This document shows, one piece after another, positions 41,715 to 52,167 of a stretch of 64,000 bases of DNA (position 1 is the stretch's first letter; every line of letters starts with the position of its first letter). The notes under the pieces were generated by a model. It saw nothing but the letters and a program-made list of their open reading frames with translations. It was not told where the DNA came from and searched no databases. The DNA is from an uncultured bacterium (GTDB lineage Bacteria; Desulfobacterota_D; UBA1144; Nemesobacterales; UBA2774): assembly GCA_963825135.1 (NCBI GenBank), contig CAWGRW010000009.1, forward strand, positions 96,001 to 160,000, written 5' to 3'. The position numbers and the translations under genes were made by a program.

Positions 41715-41750
41715 GGCCGGGACGACGGGGCTTGAACCCGCACCGTCCGG
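41715..41750 (-). repeat. degenerate tRNA-Asp 3' fragment copy 3 (att-like)
   Basis: ggccgggacgacggggcttgaacccgc matches the acceptor 3' strand and T-arm of tRNA-Asp. Confidence 0.8.
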
Positions 41751-41791
41751 TCCGGACCTCCAACAATCAGCTCAGGACCTAACTCCGGACC

Positions 41792-43048
41792 TCATAAGCG
41801 CTTGTCGGAAGATGTATTCCGGGCCATTAATTTACCTATCAATTCGAAATATGATTTCAGGTGGGATTCCGCGTTCCACTTCCTGATGTAGCATTCATAG
41901 CCCCTGGTCCCGAGCTCTTCCCTCAATGAAGGCTCGTCAATGAGCCTATCCATCGCGCTTACTATTTCATTCTCGGAGTTGTATACAAATCCGCCGCCGC
42001 TCTCAACTACAAGCTCGGGGAGCCCCCCGATGTTATTTACTATGACGGGCGTTTTCTCCCTGAAGGCTTCAAACACCACAAGAGTGGAGATCTCATAGTT
42101 TATAGAGGGCACGATGAGGGCAACAGCCTTTTTATATATATTCCTGAGCCCGGCAGGCGGCACATAGCCGGTCATATCGATGTTCAGGCTTCCAAGTGCA
42201 AGCCGGCGGATGTCACCCTCATACTCGCCTTTACCGGCAATCACGAGTCTAGCTTTTTTATATTTTCTGAATAAGGGTATCAGATTCTGTATGCCCTTTA
42301 ATTTCTCGATCCTTCCCACATATAAAAAGAAAGGCTCTTCAGGAACAGTTATGTCGTATTTGCCGCCCCGGCCCGTGGAATAGTTATCTTCAGGGATAAA
42401 ATTCGGGATGTGATGTATGGGTACCTTCAAGCCCTTTGTTTCATACAGCTTTTTGCTGAACATGCTCGGGCTAATTATTGCGTCAAGATGGTCTAAAGAC
42501 TTGTCGATGAGACCGGTATACCTCCAGAGCTGAGGCGGGCGGGCGTGGACGAGCTGGCACATCAGGCAGTGAGGCTTTTCGCACGGGGCACGGTCAAACC
42601 TCATCAGCACATGGGTCGGGCAGACGAGCCAGTATTCGTGCGTCGTGTAGAGCTTGACCCCCTCCCCGTATTCGATTACCTTCGGTCCCCCTACGAGCGA
42701 AATATTGTGGAAGTGTATGACGTCGAATCCCCGGTCCAGAATCTCCTTGATCCGCCCCGATTTGAAAAAGGGATATCCCGTTTGCTGTGTAGCGAGCGGA
42801 GAGAGAAAACCGTATTTGCTCTTTAGTCCGCAAACATCGACATTCGGGTGGTTTTCATATACGGCGTCCGGTTCTCCGCCGGCAAGCATTTCATAAGAAT
42901 CGATGCAGTGAATTACGGTTACATGATGGCCCCTCCGGGCGAGTTCGTTCGCGAGCTGCCAGACATAGATTGCATCACCCCCGAAGCTCCAGGGAGGGTA
43001 GAACGTCGTGATCATGCAGAACCTGAGATGCTTCGGCGGAGCGCTCAT
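41792..43048 (-). CDS. glycosyltransferase family 4
   Basis: ITTFYPPWSFGG, HEYWLVCP, YVGRIEKLKG, PSINYE...EAF...PVI..NIGGLPE. Confidence 0.9.
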   Translation of the reverse strand: MSAPPKHLRFCMITTFYPPWSFGGDAIYVWQLANELARRGHHVTVIHCIDSYEMLAGGEPDAVYENHPNVDVCGLKSKYGFLSPLATQQTGYPFFKSGRIKEILDRGFDVIHFHNISLVGGPKVIEYGEGVKLYTTHEYWLVCPTHVLMRFDRAPCEKPHCLMCQLVHARPPQLWRYTGLIDKSLDHLDAIISPSMFSKKLYETKGLKVPIHHIPNFIPEDNYSTGRGGKYDITVPEEPFFLYVGRIEKLKGIQNLIPLFRKYKKARLVIAGKGEYEGDIRRLALGSLNIDMTGYVPPAGLRNIYKKAVALIVPSINYEISTLVVFEAFREKTPVIVNNIGGLPELVVESGGGFVYNSENEIVSAMDRLIDEPSLREELGTRGYECYIRKWNAESHLKSYFELIGKLMARNTSSDKRL

Positions 43049-43806
43049 CTTCCACCCAGCCCGCGCCTGACAGTACGCGGGATATTGCGTAAAAAGATGT
43101 ACACGGGAAATGACTTCGTCGTAATGAGATTGAACAACCTTTCGCGCCTGAGATAATAGGCGTCCACGCGCTCGAGGGCGTAGATATCGCTTTCCCTCGT
43201 TAATAAACCGAGCTTGTCCGAACATGCGCATTCGAAGTTTCTTCCCGCGATTTCAAGACCTCTCCCGTCGTATCTCCCGTAGGGATAGGCAAACGATAAG
43301 ACGGGAGCGCCCAGATTGTTCTCGATTATTTCTTTAGACCCGGTTATCTCGCGTAGGACGCCGGACGTCTCAATCAGGGTGAGGTCAGGGTGTGTGATCG
43401 TATGGGCTCCGAAATCGATTCCCGCTTGCTTCATTTCCCTTATCTCCCCCCAGCTCAGCATCTCGACCCCGTTAAGCGGCGTCAAACGGTCGTCAGCGCC
43501 CGCCTTCTTCGAGTCGCCCCCGGCGAGGAATATAGTGGCGGTCATCCGATAGTTATCAAGTACGGGAAAAGCCTCCGCGTACACGCTCCCGTACCCGTCG
43601 TCGAAGGTAATGACAAATGATTTTTCGGGGAAGGGCCTCCGATCTCTGATCAGGGCCGCCGCGTCGCTCAGCCTGAGAGTCCTGTATCCGTTCCGGTAGA
43701 GTCTTTCCATCGAGCGTCCGAACATTTCCGGGCTGAAAGCTATAACCGTGCGGCTGTCGTCTATCCTGTGGAAAGTCAGGACCGGAATATAACCTGCGAT
43801 GCGAAT
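43045..43806 (-). CDS. polysaccharide deacetylase (NodB homology)
   Basis: IPVLTFH, ITFDDGY, GAHTITHPDL, FAYPYG; frame extends to an ATT at 43806 just after GGAGG, so the start is uncertain. Confidence 0.88.
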   Translation of the reverse strand: MRIAGYIPVLTFHRIDDSRTVIAFSPEMFGRSMERLYRNGYRTLRLSDAAALIRDRRPFPEKSFVITFDDGYGSVYAEAFPVLDNYRMTATIFLAGGDSKKAGADDRLTPLNGVEMLSWGEIREMKQAGIDFGAHTITHPDLTLIETSGVLREITGSKEIIENNLGAPVLSFAYPYGRYDGRGLEIAGRNFECACSDKLGLLTRESDIYALERVDAYYLRRERLFNLITTKSFPVYIFLRNIPRTVRRGLGGR

Positions 43807-43955
43807 TTCTCCTCCCCTGGAGTGTTCGGCATTTCCCGATCATCCGCGCGAGTATCCGCGGCAGGCGCTTTCATTAAATTAACGTCTCAACGGAGCCGGG
43901 GCCGAAATGAATGTCTATAGCGGATGACGGATTACTTTAATCTGGCGCTCGGAGA

Positions 43956-44300
43956 TCAATCAACCGTATCGTCCAAAGGCACCACCGCGACAAGCGCTGC
44001 TTCGTTTCCAAGAACACGCGTCGTATGACCCTCTCCCTCAGTGTCCAATATGACCCGGACGTCCCCCGCGCCAAATGTATGCCGGCTCCCGTCCCCGAAG
44101 CTATTTTCCAAACGGCCTGACAGAATGATGACGATCTGTCTGCGCGGGGCGGGGTGCCAGTCGAGGAACGTGCCCGGCGGAAATTCCTTAAAAAACATTG
44201 TCGATGCGGTCCTCATCGATGTCCAGAACGGATCGTGCGGCGGAAGCTCTTCGATGCGGGATCTGCCGTCTTCGCCCTTATAAATTCTGTATATGCCCAT
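43956..44300 (-). CDS. cupin domain protein
   Basis: DWHPAPRRQ..IILSG.LE...GDG...FGAGDV...DTEGEGH. Confidence 0.85.
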   Translation of the reverse strand: MGIYRIYKGEDGRSRIEELPPHDPFWTSMRTASTMFFKEFPPGTFLDWHPAPRRQIVIILSGRLENSFGDGSRHTFGAGDVRVILDTEGEGHTTRVLGNEAALVAVVPLDDTVD

Positions 44301-44310
44301 GTGTAAAGTT

Positions 44311-45195
44311 CTATCCGGCCGCTCGTATGTCGGTGCCTCTATTTCTAAGAAGAAGCTCCTGTTCATCCATCCCTTCAACGATCTCGAATGTGTCGATCGC
44401 AGGACCGAGATTCATAGACGCGACGCGTCCGAACATTATTCTCATCGCCTCGCGTACGTCCTCCGGTATGCGGAGGAAATCCTCTATTCTGAACATCTCG
44501 ACGTGTTCTTTCGCGAGCCCCCTCCCGAATTTGCTCGCGAAGGAATACACTTCCCGGGAATTTTCGCACCCCCACAGGAGAGAGCGCTGACAGGCGGCGG
44601 CAATATCGCGCGTCAGCCCCTCGCCAAGCCCCTTCCGGACAAGGTTGAGTCCCACGGGCAGAGGGAGCCCCGTGTCCTCACACCATGCGACACCAAGATC
44701 GCGCACACAGACGAGCCCCCTTTCCCGGAAGTGGATTAGCTCTTCGTGTATCATAACGCCCGCATCCACTTTGTCCCCGGCGATAGCGTCGACTATGGCG
44801 TCAAAGGGCATTTCAACAAGATCGATATCCGGACAATACATCAACGCAAGCACGCTGCCCGTCGTCGGATGCCCCCCCACCGCAACTCGCTTTCCCCGCA
44901 GGTCTTCGACCGTCTTGTATCGTTTTGAAACGAGTGCAGGGCCGAAATTCCTCCCCACGCTGTTCCCTACGCAAAGAATAAGGTACTTGTCGGCGACCTT
45001 GGGGTAGAAAACGGAAGAGACGGCTACGACGTCGTATTGAGCCTCGAGTGCCGCACGATTGAGATCGATGATATGATTCCGATAAAATACGGGCTTGCAG
45101 CCGTCGACGCCCAACGTTACTCGACCTTGCTCCCAGGCGTAGTAGTTGAACAAATCATCGCTGTCCGGCGTGTAGGCGATAGAAAGATCCTTCAT
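44311..45195 (-). CDS. MqnD-like protein (MqnA/MqnD periplasmic-binding fold)
   Basis: IAYTPDSDD.F.YYA, LNRAAL, GNSVGRNFGP, GVMIHE, DLG..W...TGLPLPVG. Confidence 0.8.
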   Translation of the reverse strand: MKDLSIAYTPDSDDLFNYYAWEQGRVTLGVDGCKPVFYRNHIIDLNRAALEAQYDVVAVSSVFYPKVADKYLILCVGNSVGRNFGPALVSKRYKTVEDLRGKRVAVGGHPTTGSVLALMYCPDIDLVEMPFDAIVDAIAGDKVDAGVMIHEELIHFRERGLVCVRDLGVAWCEDTGLPLPVGLNLVRKGLGEGLTRDIAAACQRSLLWGCENSREVYSFASKFGRGLAKEHVEMFRIEDFLRIPEDVREAMRIMFGRVASMNLGPAIDTFEIVEGMDEQELLLRNRGTDIRAAG

Positions 45196-45400
45196 TAACA
45201 CTCCCCCTCGCAATCTAAGAGCATTATTAATAGTTATGAATGAGAAATCAAACGACGTTAGATCATTATCCAAGGGTCTAAATAAGCATATATTGGTAAC
45301 ACATTAGTAATATTAGATATTCTCGGATATATTATCCCGGTTCATACATAGCGTCAAAATACTCGTTTAACGCTTGTACACGATAGTCTCAGATACCGCT

Positions 45401-46978
45401 ATGCTCGATGATTTGAAAATTTTCAGCAGGTACGCATGGGGGCTCAATGATTTCTTCCGTCACACCCTGCCCCCGGAAGTCTGCAGAAATATGATTGCCG
45501 GTCAGCTGCAAAACAGGGAGAAGTCCTTTTTGCGCATACTGAAGCTGGGGATTTACGATAATCCGAGAAGCCCGTATTTCAAGCTCCTAAGGCACGCGGG
45601 GATCGAGTACGGGGATTTTGTAAAACTTGTAGAGAGCGAAGGCGTTGAGGGATCACTCTCGAAAATCTACGACTCAGGCGTTTACCTCACTCTGAATGAA
45701 TTCAAGGGCAGGCAGCCCGTCCGTCGCCCCGGGCTCGAGTTCCCGACCCAGCCCCATGATTTCGACAACCCGTTCCTGGTTAAGTTTTATGAAGCAAGGA
45801 GCGGCGGGTCGAGGAGCAGGGGGAACCGCATCATTATCGACCTCGATCTGCTCACCCATGAGGCCGCCTATTTTCAATCATTTCTCGAGTCATTCGGGTT
45901 GACCGCGAATCCCCGGGGAGCATGGCGGGAGATACCCCCCGTGGCTGTAGGAATGAAACTCGCCCTCCGTTATTCCAAGCTCGGGAGTCCGCTCGAACGG
46001 TGGTTTTCGCCCACCGCGCTTTCGCTCGATTTAAAAAACCTCAAATTCTATATCTTCACGAGATACAGCATCCTTGCGAGCAGGATGTTCTCGAATCCCA
46101 TGCCCGTGCCCGAGCACGTGCCTCTGAACGAGGCTCACAAGGTCGCCGCCTGGCTCGAGACGAAGAGAAGCCAAGGCAGACCGGCCGTTCTGGATACTAA
46201 TGTGAGCGCCGCGGTCAGGGTATGCCTCGCCGCCCGGGAAAAGGGGTTCGACATATCAGGCACCTTCTTCCCGGGAGGAGGCGAACCGCTCACACCGGCA
46301 AAAGCGAAGATAATAAGAGAAACCGGCAGCAGGGCACACTGCCACTATTCGATGACGGAATTGGGCACCATGGGGCTTGCTTGCGCGAACCCCATACACC
46401 TGGACGAAGTCCACCTCCTCACCGATAAGATAGCGGTGATACAGCGTACGAAGGAAGTAGGGGCCGGCGGAGGGAAGGTCGGAGCCCTCGTATATACGTC
46501 TGTCCTTCCGCTCTGCCCGAAGCTCATGCTGAACGTGGAGAGCGACGACTACGGAGATCTCGAGTCGAGGGACTGCGGCTGCCGAATAGGAGAGCTCGGA
46601 TACGGTACGCACCTTTCCAATATCAGAAGCTATGAAAAACTTACGAGCGAGGGAGTGAGCTTCCTCGGGACAGAGTTGATCAGGGTAATCGAGGAGGTCC
46701 TGCCCGGCAGGTTCGGGGGCGGCCCTACAGACTACCAGTTCGCAGAGGAAGAGGTGGACGGGCTTCCGAAGGTAAATATAGTCGTGAGCCCTCGAGTGGG
46801 AGAGGTTGACGATAAAGCAGTCATCGACGCGGTAGTCAACGCTCTTATCCCCTATCCGGGGGGCGAGGTGATGGTCAGTCAGTGGCGCCAGGGTAACACC
46901 CTCCGCGTTATAAGAAGAGAGCCTTACACCACGTCGTCCGCGAAAATCCTGCCCCTGCATATCACTAAATTATCGTAG
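45401..46978 (+). CDS. PaaK/phenylacetate-CoA-ligase-like (adenylate-forming superfamily) protein
   Basis: RSGGSRS P-loop-like, GGEPLT, YSMTE.G, NVESDD.G, CGC, IRSYEKLT. Confidence 0.65.
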   Translation: MLDDLKIFSRYAWGLNDFFRHTLPPEVCRNMIAGQLQNREKSFLRILKLGIYDNPRSPYFKLLRHAGIEYGDFVKLVESEGVEGSLSKIYDSGVYLTLNEFKGRQPVRRPGLEFPTQPHDFDNPFLVKFYEARSGGSRSRGNRIIIDLDLLTHEAAYFQSFLESFGLTANPRGAWREIPPVAVGMKLALRYSKLGSPLERWFSPTALSLDLKNLKFYIFTRYSILASRMFSNPMPVPEHVPLNEAHKVAAWLETKRSQGRPAVLDTNVSAAVRVCLAAREKGFDISGTFFPGGGEPLTPAKAKIIRETGSRAHCHYSMTELGTMGLACANPIHLDEVHLLTDKIAVIQRTKEVGAGGGKVGALVYTSVLPLCPKLMLNVESDDYGDLESRDCGCRIGELGYGTHLSNIRSYEKLTSEGVSFLGTELIRVIEEVLPGRFGGGPTDYQFAEEEVDGLPKVNIVVSPRVGEVDDKAVIDAVVNALIPYPGGEVMVSQWRQGNTLRVIRREPYTTSSAKILPLHITKLS

Positions 46979-47097
46979 TGTAGATTCGATATAATATATT
47001 CACGGGTCGTTTCATGCCTCTCGATATCGTCTCCCCGCGAACCGGGATACCCCGAGCCGTCACTTGTTAGTCGGCAGGACCGGCTCTCTCCCGTCCA

Positions 47098-48079
47098 TTA
47101 TCTATATTCCCTGTCCAAAATCATACGCCTTAGTCTCGAATCCTCCTTCCCGACCGGATATCTCATGTTCTTCACCACAAGGTCCCCGAAATCCGTCCTT
47201 ATCGTTGAGACATACGCAAACATCATCAGGTGACGGGGTTTCACCGCGTTACGGCTGCCGTAGTGAAAACACACATTGCTGTCAATGAACAACACCGTCC
47301 CCGCGGGATAACAGAGCCTTATCAATTCACTCTCGGGAACGACCGCATACATCTTCTCGTCAGTAACTCGGTGACCGCCTTTCTTTGTATGATAATCACC
47401 GAGACCTGTCTCCGGCTTTCGCCGACACGGACTTGGGCAGGAAGCAAAAAGGCCCCCTCTCCATCGTGACCTCCCTCAAAACGACAATGACGTAGACCAT
47501 CGGCTTATCGTGGTAGTCAAGATGAAAGAGCTGGCTCTCTCTGGGCTGAGCGTCGGGGTTATCATCGAATTTATTCCAGGACTCTACAAGCCTCACGCCG
47601 TAGGGTCTGGAATAAGAAAGCGTGGGTATGAAGCCGAGGTAGCTGCATACGGTCGACAGCACGTCCGAAGAAGTCGCGAAATTGAGTATCGATGGGCACC
47701 TCGGGAAGTAATCTTCGATAAATATATCCTGAAAAAAAGGCCTCCATTTAAGATGCTGCTTTTCGCCGCCCCGCTCATCTATTATCTCTGCCGATTCCCT
47801 GAGGAGCTCCTCGAGATAAGGAAGCCTCCCTGAGGTATCGATAACCCATCCGTCCTTCATTTCGTTCACGGGCGCGACAGGGTTTCCGTTCTCTTTGATA
47901 AGCTCCGGGAAATTATCCCGATACTGCCGCTTCCTGTACTCATGATACTTCCCGAACCTGAGACTGTTATAGGCCCTGGCAATCGCCGTAGTGCTATTCA
48001 CCCCCAGGGCGCTCATGTAATTCCTCTCGAGGATTTTGGCGGCAGGTTTGAATACCGCGTCCATGGCTTTACCGATCAT
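47098..48079 (-). CDS. PhyH-like Fe(II)/2OG dioxygenase, copy 2; +1 insertion near 47412
   Basis: SQLFHLDYHD...GPFCFLP...FHYGSR; comparison with the adjacent paralog shows one extra G. Confidence 0.75.
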
Positions 48080-48136
48080 CTCTCCTCCCGCGCCGCCGCT
48101 TGATTCCCAGACGGACCGGCGCTATTCCGCTCCTTA

Positions 48137-49114
48137 TCAATATTCCTTGTCCAGCACCATACGCCTCAGCTTTGAATCCTCCTTCCCGACCGGATATCTC
48201 ATGTTCCTGAGCACTATATCGCCGAAATCCGTCCTAATTGTTGAGACATACGCAAACATCATCAGGTGACGGGGTTTCACCGCGTTACGGCTGCCGTAGT
48301 GAAAACACGCGCTGCTGTCGATGAACAACACCGTCCCCGCCGGATAACAGAGCCTTATCAATTCGCTCTCGGGAACGACCGCATACATTTTCTCGTCAGT
48401 AACACGGTGACCGCCCTTCTTTGTATGGTAATCAACGAGACCTCTCTCGGCTTTCGCCGACACTGACTTGGGCAGGAAGCAGAAGGGCCCCCTCTCCATC
48501 GTGACATCCCTCAAAACGACAATTACATAAACCATCGGCTTATCATGATAGTCGAGATGAAAGAGCTGGCTCTCTCTCGGCTGAACATTAGGCGTATCAT
48601 CGAATTTATTCCAGGACTCGATGAGCCTCACGCCGTAAGGTTTGGAATAAGAAAGCGTGGGTATGAAGCCGAGGTAGCTGCATACCGCCGACAGCACGTC
48701 AGAAGAGGTTGCGAAATTGAGTATAGATGGGCACCTCTGGAAATAATCGTCGGTAAATAAATCCTGGAAAAATGGTCTCCTGTAAAATTGATGCTTTTCG
48801 CCGCCCCGCTCATCTATTATCTCTGCCGATTCCCTGAGAAGCTCCTCGAGATAAGGAAGCCTCCCCGAGGTATCGATAACCCATCCGTCCTTCATTTCGT
48901 TTACGGGCGCGACAGGATATCCGTTCTCGGCAATCAGCTCGGAAAAGTTTTCCCTATACCGCCTCTTCCTCTGCTCGTGGCTGCTTCCGTGCCTGAGACT
49001 GTTGTAGGCCCTGGCAATCGCCGTAGTATTATTCACCCCCAGGGCGCTCATGTAATTCCTCTCAAGTGCCCTGGCAGCCGGTTTGAATACCGCGTCCATG
49101 GTTTTACCGATCAT
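48137..49114 (-). CDS. PhyH-like Fe(II)/2OG dioxygenase, copy 1
   Basis: HxD (HLD)...H (FHYG)...R facial-triad pattern; RBS GGAGG. Confidence 0.78.
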   Translation of the reverse strand: MIGKTMDAVFKPAARALERNYMSALGVNNTTAIARAYNSLRHGSSHEQRKRRYRENFSELIAENGYPVAPVNEMKDGWVIDTSGRLPYLEELLRESAEIIDERGGEKHQFYRRPFFQDLFTDDYFQRCPSILNFATSSDVLSAVCSYLGFIPTLSYSKPYGVRLIESWNKFDDTPNVQPRESQLFHLDYHDKPMVYVIVVLRDVTMERGPFCFLPKSVSAKAERGLVDYHTKKGGHRVTDEKMYAVVPESELIRLCYPAGTVLFIDSSACFHYGSRNAVKPRHLMMFAYVSTIRTDFGDIVLRNMRYPVGKEDSKLRRMVLDKEY

Positions 49115-49276
49115 TTCTCCCCTCCTCCTGCGTGAGCAGACCGCCGTGATCCTCTACGCACGCGCGTTATGGAATGTTGAAAAATAATACAAGATTATGA
49201 ATAAATTGAGAAGTAAGGGTAAAAGTTTGCTATGGGATAACAATCTGTGCCGGCGGCTGTAACGGCAATAAAAACC

Positions 49277-49314
49277 GGCGGCGACGGGGCTTGAACCCGC
49301 GACCTCCGGTGTGA
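49277..49314 (-). repeat. degenerate tRNA-Asp 3' fragment copy 2 (att-like)
   Basis: ggcggcgacggggcttgaacccgcgacctccggtgtga; similarity ends within the anticodon loop. Confidence 0.85.
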
Positions 49315-49384
49315 GGGTCTATTGCACCGGGAAAACCAAACAGCGTCTCAACCCGGCCAAAAGGGGGCATATCCGCGCCGAGGC

Positions 49385-50341
49385 CTACTCCAGCTTCGTC
49401 CATGTTTTATCAGGATTGAATTCTTTTACGCCTAGCGCGATTTTTTCGGTGTCCTCTCCCAGGTCTTTTTGATAGATCGCCCCGTTCTGGTTGACTAGAA
49501 ACGTCATTACGCCGCTCGAACCGTACTTCGCGGGATAGGCCAGGAGAGCGAATCCCCCAACCATGTAGCCGTTGATCAGGTAGCTGTATTTCCCCCCGGG
49601 CGCGTTGGGCCCCTGGGAGGTCAGGATGCGGTAGTAGTAGCCGTGATAAGGTACGGGTTCGGGGTGGGCCTTGGCAATATTGTAGCCCTCCGCCGTTGCG
49701 CCGGCCATCAAAGGGCCTATCGGACTCTCTTCTTCGCCCTTCGCCGCATCCCAATAGAGCCCATCGTGCTTGCCGGGCGTGCTAAGGAACTTTCTGGCGT
49801 ACTCGAGCACTCCATTGCCGTTCCTGTCCTCACTCGCGTAATCCCGCTCGGCGCTGACGAAGTTGGCGCAAACTGATATGGTATTGAGCTCATTTTTCCC
49901 GATCCTTCTGTCAAGCATCTCTTCCATCCCCGACGCCGTATCGAAGTGCCATTTATCACCGTCCTTTACTAAGGGGACGGGGAACGGCCAGTCGTCGTTT
50001 CCGATGCTGAGGATTGCTTTCCCGTCCTTCGTATAATCGATGCGGTTCATCTCATCGGTTCTTTTGACAAAGTTTTGCATCGCGATTTCGTCGGCCTTTT
50101 GATCTCCCGAAGAGACCAGATCCTCGCTGCCGGGGCCGAAGATCTCTAAAAGCTGTTCCGTGCTCTCCGATTTCGCTGCGGCGATAAGAGCCTTCACCGC
50201 GTCCTCGGGCGAGGAAAAGACCTGCTGCTGAACCGTGTCGGCATGAGAATCAATCGAAAGAATCCATAGTAAGGCAAGCGTGAATGTCAAAAATAATGAT
50301 GGAAGGTATCTTGATAAGCTTCTTTTGGTCTTATTAGCCAT
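49385..50341 (-). CDS. DUF2950 family protein
   Basis: WPFPVPLVK, RRIGKNEL, GKHDGLYW, SPIGP, PYHGYYYRIL, YPAKYGSSGVMTF. Confidence 0.92.
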   Translation of the reverse strand: MANKTKRSLSRYLPSLFLTFTLALLWILSIDSHADTVQQQVFSSPEDAVKALIAAAKSESTEQLLEIFGPGSEDLVSSGDQKADEIAMQNFVKRTDEMNRIDYTKDGKAILSIGNDDWPFPVPLVKDGDKWHFDTASGMEEMLDRRIGKNELNTISVCANFVSAERDYASEDRNGNGVLEYARKFLSTPGKHDGLYWDAAKGEEESPIGPLMAGATAEGYNIAKAHPEPVPYHGYYYRILTSQGPNAPGGKYSYLINGYMVGGFALLAYPAKYGSSGVMTFLVNQNGAIYQKDLGEDTEKIALGVKEFNPDKTWTKLE

Positions 50342-50385
50342 TATGATTTCCCCCTGTATTGTATGCTGATAAATGATGGAACCCC

Positions 50386-51693
50386 TTATCTCCTTTTACC
50401 TCTGTTGCTGCCCTTGCTGCCTCTCTGGCTGCCGCTTCTGCTTGTGCTGCGCTGATAGCTCTCACGGCTCGATCTCCCGCGATTACTATCGGCCCGGGTC
50501 TCGCTGCGGCTCCCGTAGCCGCTGAACGCATCGGAGCGGTCTCTCGACCCGGTGCTTCTGTTCTCCCCGGTCCTCGCGCGATCCCTTGTGCTTGATGCGG
50601 ATGAGCCCGTATTCTTTCTATCCTCAATCCCTGACTTGCTCGAACCCGTTTGACGGCTCTCACGCCCGACCTTGCTCTCCTGTTTCGTCGCCTGACCGCG
50701 GTCATAACCGCTGAAGGCCCCGTTATCTCCCCTGTCTTGCAGCCCTTTCTCGACTGAGGCTGTCGTCGGTCTTTTTTCACCATACCCTTTATACTCGCGG
50801 TTGGACACGCCCTGATTTCCTTTCTGGTACCGCTCGGCAACTGTATTATTCTTGTATTCGACCCCTCTCCTGTGCTCGGGGTTGTGCTGCCAACGGCGTT
50901 CCCCCGCATTGTTTCCGTTGATGTTGACCTTATTCCCGATATTAACATCCCCTCTGTTGATATTTACATTTGTATTCCCGTGCCCGTATCCCCCTCCCCA
51001 GTAGCAGCAATTGTTATGACCCCAGTCGAAACTGGCGAAGGTGGCGCCTACCGCTACTCCGAGACCGAACGAAAAGACGCTCGACGCGACGTATCCGGGA
51101 GGATATATGGCATAGGGAGGATATGCGGGATAGTACCAGGTGCCGTATACGACCGCCGGGTTATACGCGGGGACATAGACGACCTGCGGGTCGGCGGGTT
51201 GTATGATTATAGTTTCCTTTTCCTTAACAACGACCTGCTCCTTGGTCGATTTCAGATTTCCCGAGGAGTCCGCTCTTTCCCTGAGCACCTGCACCGCGTC
51301 CATCACTTCCTGCTGCTGCGCGAGGAACGCATCGCCGAGGCTCGTAGTCCAGTCGAGATTCTCATTCATCATTGAAACCACGTCCGGAAATTCGACGAGG
51401 GATTTTACGCTATCGTCCCAGTCCTGTTTCTGGGCTTCCGCGAACAATTGCTCTCCCTTGAGATTCTTATTCTTATCCAGCCAGCGCGCGGCCTGCACGA
51501 CCTCCAGGGGATACGTTGACGCCATCAGGACCTGGGCCAGGAGCGTATCGGGATAAAGCGCAATCGGAGCCAGCAATTGCTCGAGTTCCGCGGAGCTCAG
51601 TCGTCCGGACGGGTCTTCCTGGGCGAATGAACACCTTGAGCCTAGGGTGCTAAATAAGAGAATGATAACAACGCCATACTTGATTACCCGCAT
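50386..51693 (-). CDS. DUF3300 family protein
   Basis: LEQLLAPIALYPD.LLAQVLMASTYP, WDDSVKSL, VYVPAYNP..VYG.W, WQHNPEHRRGV; low-complexity tail. Confidence 0.92.
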   Translation of the reverse strand: MRVIKYGVVIILLFSTLGSRCSFAQEDPSGRLSSAELEQLLAPIALYPDTLLAQVLMASTYPLEVVQAARWLDKNKNLKGEQLFAEAQKQDWDDSVKSLVEFPDVVSMMNENLDWTTSLGDAFLAQQQEVMDAVQVLRERADSSGNLKSTKEQVVVKEKETIIIQPADPQVVYVPAYNPAVVYGTWYYPAYPPYAIYPPGYVASSVFSFGLGVAVGATFASFDWGHNNCCYWGGGYGHGNTNVNINRGDVNIGNKVNINGNNAGERRWQHNPEHRRGVEYKNNTVAERYQKGNQGVSNREYKGYGEKRPTTASVEKGLQDRGDNGAFSGYDRGQATKQESKVGRESRQTGSSKSGIEDRKNTGSSASSTRDRARTGENRSTGSRDRSDAFSGYGSRSETRADSNRGRSSRESYQRSTSRSGSQRGSKGSNRGKRR

Positions 51694-52167
51694 TATCCCA
51701 CCTCGTGGAAAATGATTTATAAAGACATCAAGTGTGAAATCCCCTCGATGTCGACTTGATATAAACATCCTTGATACACTGATTATCGCTTTCGGGCTGA
51801 GCCGGGCCCGGGCATAAGCCCCGCGGCTCGAGCATCATTTATAAAACAGTCTGTTTCGCATCTTTTATCAGAATTGACATAAATTATATGATAATTATCA
51901 TAAATTGCACGGAAAGCAATGAAAGAATGTTACCATAAACCATGGCAATTCATAACATTAGATACAACCCTTTTTCCGCTTTAATCCGGGTAAAATCGAG
52001 GCCCGGCCCTCGACCGGCCGGATCATTGCACGAAAGCCCCGGCACATTTGCTATGCTTTCTTCAAAAGGCGCATCAAGGGAGAACGGTTATATAGACGTG
52101 TTCCGACAGTTCTTGATCCTCTATTCCACAAATGCTGAACAGAAGTTACGATCCAACTCGGGACATT

